From: Candidatus Heimdallarchaeota archaeon
Lineage (GTDB): Archaea; Asgardarchaeota; Heimdallarchaeia; Heimdallarchaeales; Heimdallarchaeaceae
Length of the DNA stretch: 64,000 nucleotides
NCBI GenBank assembly: GCA_030603365.1
Contig: JAUVXV010000009.1
Span: 32,001-96,000 of the forward strand
Reading direction: 5' to 3'
Made by a program: the position numbers and the translations under genes. The notes under the pieces are model-generated. The model was not told where the DNA came from and did not search any database. It was given only the letters and a program-made list of their open reading frames with translations. The first letter of the stretch is position 1, and each line of letters starts with the position of its first letter. Shown piece by piece: positions 9,698 to 16,779 of this stretch.

Positions 9698-12037
9698 ATG
9701 ACAATAACACAGTATTCCCTAACATTAGATCAGCTGGCTAAATATCTTGTAGAGAAACAAAATATAGACAGTGAGTATAAGGGTGTCAATTATAGCCATG
9801 CAATTGCTACAATTAACAATATTATTGTGTTCCAAGATATCGAATCACTGTTCATACGAATGAGGACTTATTCTTCGGGTCTTATCCATTCACTGATAAA
9901 AAACAAACATCTCGTACATGCTCCATTTAAAGAGGGAAAACTAGTTTATATCGGAAGAGAAAACCTACCTATTTTCAGTAAAATATATGTCAAAGATACA
10001 ATTCAATACAAAAAACCATTGACGAAAACTGTTCTAGAATTCCTTGAGGAAGAAGGTTCTTCAACACGTCAAAAAATAATAGAAAAATTCGAAATTTCAA
10101 AAGAAGATGTAATGGATATTCTTATTGAACTTCGAACAAACTTTCAAATCTTTATGTTTTATGATGGAACTTCATGGACAATATTTAGTAGTAAATTACT
10201 CCTAGCAGATTCTAAGATGAGCAAAGCCTCAGCCACTTCTGAACTTATTTTCACTGTTATCAAAAATTTTGGTCCTATAACTGTCCCTCAAATCATAAAA
10301 ATTCTAAATATGGGTGGAGGACGAGTAAGTACAAGTATTATCGAACTTTACGAAAATAAGAGACTTGTTAGAGGTAATTTTATAGAAAATTCAACATATG
10401 AAGCATTTTTAGCTTCTGATGAACTTGAATATTTACAATCCTATTTAGAAAATCTTTCACAGAAGCAAGAAAAGGTTCTAGAAATACTTCCAAATACAGA
10501 TCCCTTGGCTGAATATTGGTCTTCAGCTGATTTTCTGAATCTAGACGAGGTACAAGATGAATTAGTTCTATTTAATGGAAAACCAATTTGTTCCTTCGAA
10601 TATAAAGTAGATGGAGATAAATTACAGGTTTCTAATCTTGTTAAAACTGCTGAATTCACGAACCTTGAGGTTGAAATCAGAAACAAAATACAAGAGTTTG
10701 CAGAAAACAAAGGTAAAATTCTTGTCTTCCCAGAACTTCAATCAGAGTCCATAGAAAATCAATCAAAGATTTTAGCAGAAATTCTATCTAAAAGGGGTTA
10801 TCAAAAACGAACTTCAGGTTTAATATCACATATCACCGCTAAACCTCTAAGTGATGATGAAGACCAATTATTCTTTTTGAGAGATGTATTTCCACTTCTG
10901 TTAGATTTCCAATTCTTGAGTCCAAGATATAGTTTTTCTTCAAAAAAAGCTGTCGTAAATGGATTATCTTCATTAGGAGTACCTCTATCAACCAATTCTG
11001 TACTAACAAGAATTTCATCACATCAGAAGATAAGCTTTGATGATATGATTATTGATAAACAGATAGTCACTGGGAAATATGGTGCTTTTTACAGAGGAAA
11101 CATTGTATCAAACGATTATATGATGTTCGCCAAACTAAGTCCTCCAAGACACTATGGGGTATTGGAAGAAAGAGTTCTTAAACTAATTCAGCAAAAGGAG
11201 CGAATAAATTTCTCTCAACTTCAGTCTTCTTTGAACTTATCTAATCGTGTCTTATTATCTGCTCTGCAAAGATTGGAAATTGCTCATGAAATTGTTCAAA
11301 CAAAATCGGTTTCAAAGCAAATAGTTTGGGAACTAACCTCAAAATTCCTCAGTAAAACAAATGTGAAATCTGTTGATTCACAAAGAGAAGCTTGGTTAGA
11401 TGTTCTCTACCGCATTTTTTCAACTAACTTACCTTTGAGTATAACACAACTAGCAAATTTTACAGGTTTATCTAATACGCAGATAGAGGTGTATATCAAG
11501 GAATTAATTGCATCTAAAGGAATCATTTCTGGAAAATTCTTTGAAGATGTGAATGAGGTTCAATTTACATCAAAGGAAATTGAAAAGAAGATTATGGGTT
11601 ATATTTATCAAAAAGAAGAAGACCATATCTCTGAGGATGTTATTATAACCTATCTATCACGTAATGATCCTTTACTAACTCTATACAGAACATATCTCCT
11701 TAAACGATTTCGAATACGATCATTATTTTCAAGACCCTTACCAACAGAATATGGTGAAATAATTTTAATGAATGGAGAACCCATTGCAGCTTTACATGTA
11801 AAAAAAGCTGAAAAAATCGAGTTTGTAAACAATATCGAAATACTTCCAGAGTTCACCGACTCACACACTCTTATGCTAATACTTAGTTCAATTCAAGAAT
11901 ACCTAATCAAGACAAAAAAAGATCACGATAGGATATTGAGGATTAAGCAAATAAATGGCACATCTTTAACATCAGAAAGTGGTAAAGAATATGTCAATCT
12001 TTTAAATAATATGCACTTTGATTACCAGATTCTCTAA
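9698..12037 (+). CDS. Tandem winged-helix/AlkZ(HTH_42)-like repeat protein, paralogous to the Lhr C-terminal extension
   Basis: Two ~390-aa modules share SLxxR, wHTH (FGPITVPQI; NLPLSITQL), GxF (RGNFIE; SGKFFE), LPxxDP (ILPNTDP; YLSRNDP) and L.NG.PI motifs with the Lhr tail. ATG directly follows the Lhr TAA. Confidence 0.75.
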   Translation: MTITQYSLTLDQLAKYLVEKQNIDSEYKGVNYSHAIATINNIIVFQDIESLFIRMRTYSSGLIHSLIKNKHLVHAPFKEGKLVYIGRENLPIFSKIYVKDTIQYKKPLTKTVLEFLEEEGSSTRQKIIEKFEISKEDVMDILIELRTNFQIFMFYDGTSWTIFSSKLLLADSKMSKASATSELIFTVIKNFGPITVPQIIKILNMGGGRVSTSIIELYENKRLVRGNFIENSTYEAFLASDELEYLQSYLENLSQKQEKVLEILPNTDPLAEYWSSADFLNLDEVQDELVLFNGKPICSFEYKVDGDKLQVSNLVKTAEFTNLEVEIRNKIQEFAENKGKILVFPELQSESIENQSKILAEILSKRGYQKRTSGLISHITAKPLSDDEDQLFFLRDVFPLLLDFQFLSPRYSFSSKKAVVNGLSSLGVPLSTNSVLTRISSHQKISFDDMIIDKQIVTGKYGAFYRGNIVSNDYMMFAKLSPPRHYGVLEERVLKLIQQKERINFSQLQSSLNLSNRVLLSALQRLEIAHEIVQTKSVSKQIVWELTSKFLSKTNVKSVDSQREAWLDVLYRIFSTNLPLSITQLANFTGLSNTQIEVYIKELIASKGIISGKFFEDVNEVQFTSKEIEKKIMGYIYQKEEDHISEDVIITYLSRNDPLLTLYRTYLLKRFRIRSLFSRPLPTEYGEIILMNGEPIAALHVKKAEKIEFVNNIEILPEFTDSHTLMLILSSIQEYLIKTKKDHDRILRIKQINGTSLTSESGKEYVNLLNNMHFDYQIL

Positions 12038-12083
12038 TATACAAAGGAGATATCTTTTTTATTTACAAAGACAAAGTATTTCT

Positions 12084-12938
12084 ATGAAACGTCAAGCAGC
12101 ATATGCAGGTTCATTTTATGATGGACGAGAAAAAAATCTTATAGAATCAATAGAGAAATCTTTTAAGAGTTCTCTTGGACCTGAAAGTTTGCCTGAAGGT
12201 ATTAAATATCCTAACTCTCCTCAACCCTTCTTCTTGGTACCTCATGCTGGATACATGTATAGTGGTCCAGTAGCCGCTAGTAGTTATCTTGAAATGAGTA
12301 AATTTGCAGCTCCAGAGACAGTGATAATCCTTGGGCCTAATCATACGGGATTTGGTGCAGAAATTGGTGTTCCTGACAAAGTAACAGAGTGGGTTACACC
12401 TTTAGGTTCAGTTAAGGTCAATCATGAATTTATAGACAAATTGATGGAAATTAACAGCCTTGTTAGCAAAAGTGATTCTTCACATGTTAAAGAACATTCA
12501 ATTGAAGTACAACTGCCTTTTCTTCAATATATTCTAGAAGAACCCTTCCAAATAGTTCCAATTGCAATGAAGAATCAGAGTTATGATGCAAGTATGGTAC
12601 TGGGGGAGACAGTTGGAAAACTAATACAGAAAGAAAATGTTGTCGTTCTAGCAAGTAGTGACTTTACTCATTTTGAAACACATGAAAGAGCGAAGAATAA
12701 AGATTCTAAAGTTCTTGATGCTATTGAAAAAATGGATGCGAAATCAATGTATGACATAAAATTTAAGCTCAATGTAACTATGTGTGGATATGGTCCCATT
12801 GCTGCAACAATAGAAACTGCAAAGAAGACTGATCGAGTAAAAAGTAAGATACTAAATTATGCAACCTCTGGCGATGTTTCAGGAGATAGAAGTCAGGTAG
12901 TTGGGTATGGTTCTGCTATGTTTTATAAAGAAGATTAA
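12084..12938 (+). CDS. MEMO1-family protein (AmmeMemoRadiSam system protein B)
   Basis: RQAAYAGSFY, PHAGYMYSG, GPNHTG, EHSIEVQLPFLQ, ASSDFTH, MCGYGP, VVGY. ATG at 12084 preferred over 12018. Confidence 0.95.
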   Translation: MKRQAAYAGSFYDGREKNLIESIEKSFKSSLGPESLPEGIKYPNSPQPFFLVPHAGYMYSGPVAASSYLEMSKFAAPETVIILGPNHTGFGAEIGVPDKVTEWVTPLGSVKVNHEFIDKLMEINSLVSKSDSSHVKEHSIEVQLPFLQYILEEPFQIVPIAMKNQSYDASMVLGETVGKLIQKENVVVLASSDFTHFETHERAKNKDSKVLDAIEKMDAKSMYDIKFKLNVTMCGYGPIAATIETAKKTDRVKSKILNYATSGDVSGDRSQVVGYGSAMFYKED

Positions 12939-12990
12939 TGATTGTCCCCATAGAAACCAATATTAGCGCAATTAAACAATAACTACAAAA

Positions 12991-13527
12991 GTGATTCATT
13001 TGTCTAAGAGAAACTATATTACAAATAAGATCGTTCTAATAGGAGATGCAAGAGTTGGAAAGACCTCTCTAGTTAGAAGATTCGTTACTAATATGTTTGA
13101 TCCTTCCTATAAAATAACTCTGGGTACAACAATTATGAAAAAAGAACTTGAATATCTTACTAACAATGTGATACTAGCAATTTGGGACATTGGAGGACAA
13201 GAGGTTTTCAGACAAATTAGAAGTAAATACTTCTTTGGAAGTAAAGGGGCTCTTGCAATTTGTGATGCTTCTAACCTTGAATCTTATAACAATCTATCTT
13301 CTTGGGTTGAATCCTTCAGAAAAGAAGTTGGAGATAAACCTATCATTTTTCTAGCAAATAAATGTGACTTAAAGAATTTAGAAGTAACTGAAGAACATAT
13401 GAAGAAAATAGTGGAAACTTACAAAAATACAGAATTCATGTTTACTTCAGCGAAAGATGGAACTAATACTGAAAAAGCCTTTACTAATCTTACTAGACTC
13501 ATGGTCGAAGAAGAGGATATAATCTAA
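12991..13527 (+). CDS. Rab-like small GTPase
   Basis: KIVLIGDARVGKTSL, YKITLG, IWDIGGQE, NKCDL, TSAK. No C-terminal Cys tail. Confidence 0.93.
   Translation: MIHLSKRNYITNKIVLIGDARVGKTSLVRRFVTNMFDPSYKITLGTTIMKKELEYLTNNVILAIWDIGGQEVFRQIRSKYFFGSKGALAICDASNLESYNNLSSWVESFRKEVGDKPIIFLANKCDLKNLEVTEEHMKKIVETYKNTEFMFTSAKDGTNTEKAFTNLTRLMVEEEDII
13457..13527 (+). repeat. Direct repeat copy 1 (last 71 bp of the Rab-like gene)
   Basis: Ungapped alignment to 14734-14804 with 59/71 identities, counted by eye. Confidence 0.9.
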
Positions 13528-13627
13528 TTCTCAATCTAATTGAATTACAAATCAATTGAACAACTATCTTTTTATATTTCTTTGTGTACTTATAAATGAT
13601 TCATTAATTGAATCAGAGAGTGGAATT

Positions 13628-14692
13628 ATGAAGAAAAACAAAAATATAATTAGCCTACTTTTAGTTTTCTTAATGGTATCATTTAGTTTTATAGCAATAC
13701 AAGATTTAGTATCTAGCCGTATTAACCCTTGCAAATTTAAAGGTAGAGTAACGGATAACTATCTTAACTTCTATCTTGGGGGTGTCAAAGTGACCTGTAG
13801 AAAAGGAGGTATGATATACGATGTTGATTATACAGATGCTAATGGCTACTACGAAGTCTGGACAGATCCCTTGTTTTCAAATACATATGTAAACCTGATT
13901 TTTGAGTATTCAGGGTATAATACAAAAACAGTTGGCAAAACTGCAAAACCTGGAGAAACTATAACCTATAGTCCTAAACTAATACCCCCTTTGGATGCTG
14001 ATGGTTGTTACGAAACTCGGAAATTTAAGACTGAATTTGCAAATTTTGACACAACACATTGGCCGGATTATTACCCTCCGTTCTGGCATTCGGATTCAGA
14101 TTTTCTATCTATTTACGAATTGACAGAGATATATCAACCATCTACTGACACATTCAAGGTAAAATATTACGCTTATGTTGAATGGTGGGAATACTTAGAC
14201 GGATGGCCCAATAATGCATGGTTGATAAGAGTTGAAAGACTGGTAGATACTCTTGGAGGTATTTGGTCCAATTGGTTAACTGAAGACTATCTATGGGAAG
14301 AAGAATATTATTACGAAGAGACATATTATCATGACTATATTTGTTTCTATGGTGAAAGAAGTGAAACATATGATATTGTTGATCCCAGAGAATGGGGTGG
14401 TTTACGTCATGGTCTAGTATCACCCTACCTAGATGGATATCATTATCGATATACCTATATAACAGGTATCACCTTACGTGTTCACTTAGGCACACCTTAT
14501 CAATATCCAGCTCCATATGTTCCGTTACCTGATCAGACAGACCCAGACCAATATTTCTTTTACGCAAATGCGTACACTAAAATTACTTTGTTAGCTTACA
14601 CATCGCCAACCAATACATTGAAACCTTGGTTCTGGGGAGGAAGTATTTCACATACAAATCCTCTTTATGGACCGCGTATTTATACCCCTTAA
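13628..14692 (+). CDS. Secreted orphan protein with a carboxypeptidase-regulatory-like beta-sandwich and an aromatic-rich C-terminal domain
   Basis: Signal peptide MKKNKNIISLLLVFLMVSFSFIAI. KGRVTD...GGVKV...TDANGYY...SGYNT pattern. C-terminal half rich in Y, W and P. Confidence 0.65.
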   Translation: MKKNKNIISLLLVFLMVSFSFIAIQDLVSSRINPCKFKGRVTDNYLNFYLGGVKVTCRKGGMIYDVDYTDANGYYEVWTDPLFSNTYVNLIFEYSGYNTKTVGKTAKPGETITYSPKLIPPLDADGCYETRKFKTEFANFDTTHWPDYYPPFWHSDSDFLSIYELTEIYQPSTDTFKVKYYAYVEWWEYLDGWPNNAWLIRVERLVDTLGGIWSNWLTEDYLWEEEYYYEETYYHDYICFYGERSETYDIVDPREWGGLRHGLVSPYLDGYHYRYTYITGITLRVHLGTPYQYPAPYVPLPDQTDPDQYFFYANAYTKITLLAYTSPTNTLKPWFWGGSISHTNPLYGPRIYTP

Positions 14693-14723
14693 TAAACCTC
14701 TCTTCTATTTTTTTCTTTTTTTT
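14693..14723 (+). terminator. Archaeal oligo-T terminator
   Basis: Long pyrimidine/T tract immediately after the stop of 13628-14692. Confidence 0.55.
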
Positions 14724-14733
14724 CCTACAAAAT

Positions 14734-14804
14734 ATGAAACTAATGCTGAACAAGTCTTTACTAATCTTACTCGACTCATGGTTGAAGAATCGGACCTGAT
14801 CTAG
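14734..14804 (+). pseudogene. Direct repeat copy 2: orphan duplicate of the Rab-like gene 3' end
   Basis: Translates ETNAEQVFTNLTRLMVEESDLI*, against GTNTEKAFTNLTRLMVEEEDII* in the intact gene. The stop is in the same position and there is no upstream coding part. Confidence 0.85.
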
Positions 14805-14821
14805 CTTAAATTCTAAACCTC

Positions 14822-15289
14822 TTATATTTCATTTCTTAGAAGATATAGTGTGAGAGTAATTTCTCCTAAACATCCAAGTTCATTTAATTTTTCGAAGTAA
14901 ACTGCTTTACCCTTGTCTAATTCTTGTTTACTAAGCCCGGGTTCTGCTCCACCAAAGATGAGTAAGATGCTTTTCCCACTGTTATAGGATTTCGCAACTT
15001 CTTTATAATCAAATATTTCTTTTGAAAAAGGTTTTTTTATGAAGAGATAGATTTCATCAGGATGAACTAATTCGATAGCATCATCAATGCTTTGAAGATA
15101 AAGAAGATTGGCTTGTTTGGAATAAGCAAGTTTCTGAGCAATTGGAACACCTGTAGTGGCTGCGGTTCCTGCTGCTTTTGATAAGATAATATCTCTTGCC
15201 CCAAGTCCTAAGGCTATTTTAACGAATTCTCTACAGTGATTTAAGCTACTAAAATTATGAAGTTGAACGAAAATTTTTCCTGTACTCAT
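14822..15289 (-). CDS. DUF2122-family protein (SPOUT-like fold, often annotated RecB-family nuclease)
   Basis: IFVQLHNFSS...AAGTAATTGVP...DAIELVHPD...LIFGGAEPGLSKQELDKG matches this archaeal family as I recall it. Confidence 0.7.
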   Translation of the reverse strand: MSTGKIFVQLHNFSSLNHCREFVKIALGLGARDIILSKAAGTAATTGVPIAQKLAYSKQANLLYLQSIDDAIELVHPDEIYLFIKKPFSKEIFDYKEVAKSYNSGKSILLIFGGAEPGLSKQELDKGKAVYFEKLNELGCLGEITLTLYLLRNEI

Positions 15290-15386
15290 TTGATAATGTT
15301 TATGATTAGTAATAAAAAAAGCTAACTATCGAAACTTGAACCAAGTAAAAAAATTTTTAAAACTTACATATATGAAGAAGATAATT

Positions 15387-15461
15387 GCCCCGATAGTATA
15401 GCGGCTAGTATTGTGGATTGTGGCTCCATAGAGGCAGGTTCGAATCTTGCTCGGGGCACCA
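15387..15461 (+). tRNA. tRNA-His (GUG), CCA encoded
   Basis: Acceptor stem GCCCCGA/TCGGGGC, D arm GTATAGCGGCTAGTAT, anticodon stem GTGGA/TCCAT with loop TTGTGGC, T arm GCAGG-TTCGAAT-CTTGC, discriminator A plus CCA. AT-rich TATA-like box about 25-30 bp upstream. Confidence 0.96.
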
Positions 15462-15545
15462 CTTCTTTTTCTAAACAGCATTCTCAAGTAAATTAGGAAA
15501 GTTTAAAGCGGAGTAATTTTCAGTTTTAGATGTCGAAGTGATAAT

Positions 15546-16004
15546 ATGCCTTGGGTAGAAGAAGTTATTTTAGGAGGAACTTTTGACCATCTCCATCCTG
15601 GGCATAGGGCTCTTCTAGAAGCTGCTAAGAGTTTTGGATCATTTGTTCGAGTAGGGTTGACAACTGATGAGTTTGCTAAGAGTTTGAGGCGGAGTGATCC
15701 AAATATTGAACTAATGCAATCCTATAAAACTAGAGAAAAGAAACTAAATGAATATCTGATTTTCAGAAATTTTGAAAGATTTGAAATAGTTAAGATTGAT
15801 CATAGATACGGTTTTGCTTTGACAGCAGAACAAGCTGAAGGAATTGTAGTAACTGAGGAAACGTATCCAACAGCTGTTGATATAAACAAACTTCGTGCAT
15901 TAGAAGGGTTGGATCAATTCCTAATTTTAGTTATACCTTTTGTTTATGATGAATCAGGTATAATCATTAGCTCGAGAAGGATTAGACAACAGCTTGCTGA
16001 ATAA
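15546..16004 (+). CDS. coaD: Phosphopantetheine adenylyltransferase, archaeal/eukaryotic type
   Basis: GGTFDHLHPGH, VGLTTDEF, IVVTEET, INKLR..GL, ISSRRIR. Confidence 0.92.
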   Translation: MPWVEEVILGGTFDHLHPGHRALLEAAKSFGSFVRVGLTTDEFAKSLRRSDPNIELMQSYKTREKKLNEYLIFRNFERFEIVKIDHRYGFALTAEQAEGIVVTEETYPTAVDINKLRALEGLDQFLILVIPFVYDESGIIISSRRIRQQLAE

Positions 16005-16052
16005 GAAATCACAAACAAACTTAACCAAAGATTAGAGGAGTGATAACTAGGT

Positions 16053-16583
16053 TTAATCTCTATTTTCAATGCTTGTGAGTATCTGGTCACCCATTGCAAG
16101 AAATGCATCAGCGACATTTGTTCCATTTTTAGCAGAGGTTTCAATGAACCCTATGCAACCAGAATCTTCAGCAAATTTCTTACCTTCTTCAGTAGATACA
16201 TCTCGTAAATCTTCTAAATCGTTTTTATTACCAACAAGCATAAGCATAATGCGAGGACTTTCATTTTGAGCTTCTTGTATCCATGTCTTAAGATTTTCAA
16301 AAGATTGACGTCGAGTAATATCGTATGTTACAAGAGCTCCTAAACTGCCTTTGAAAAAGATTTGTCTCATTGAAGCAAAACGGTCCTGACCTGCAATATC
16401 CCACAATTGAAGGCATATTCTTGTGTCTTTGATTGTTTCAAATCTTGAATATGGTTCCATTCCTATTGTCATTAAATATCCAGCTTGGAATTTATTGTGG
16501 ATGAACCTTTGTACAAGACTTGTTTTCCCAACAGCCCCATCTCCAAGTAATAAAATCTTGAATGTATATTTGTAGCTAGTCAT
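16053..16583 (-). CDS. Rab-like small GTPase
   Basis: FKILLLGDGAVGKTSL, TIG, LQLWDIAGQDRF, YDIT, GNKNDL, ETSAK. Confidence 0.95.
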   Translation of the reverse strand: MTSYKYTFKILLLGDGAVGKTSLVQRFIHNKFQAGYLMTIGMEPYSRFETIKDTRICLQLWDIAGQDRFASMRQIFFKGSLGALVTYDITRRQSFENLKTWIQEAQNESPRIMLMLVGNKNDLEDLRDVSTEEGKKFAEDSGCIGFIETSAKNGTNVADAFLAMGDQILTSIENRD

Positions 16584-16779
16584 CTTGCTTTCAAAAACTT
16601 CTTACATTTATTGCTTATAATTATTTTGATGTTTCCCGCATTCAAGAGAGCTTTAATTTTGTTCTAATTCTCCGTCTATTTCAAGAGAAACAACCTTAAA
16701 ACGATTTTTTTGAAAGCTGTGATGTTTTCATGGGTTTGTGCATATTAACGAAACCTTTTAACATTGTTGAATTTTTTTC

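Noticed and set aside
9690-9705. In-frame TAA-ATG between lhr and its partner as stop-codon readthrough or a split gene
   Set aside because: The stop is TAA (not a Sec/Pyl codon), a proper ATG follows, and the same zero-gap in-frame junction occurs at gatE/gatD. Translational coupling is the simpler explanation.
13528-14733. Autonomous transposon or IS at the Rab-flanked cassette
   Set aside because: There is no transposase, integrase or terminal inverted repeat, and the 71-bp diverged repeat is too long for a target-site duplication. It is reported only as an insertion-like cassette.
15387-15480. tRNA-His as the integration site of an island
   Set aside because: No second copy of the tRNA 3' end and no integrase were seen, and the flanking genes are housekeeping.
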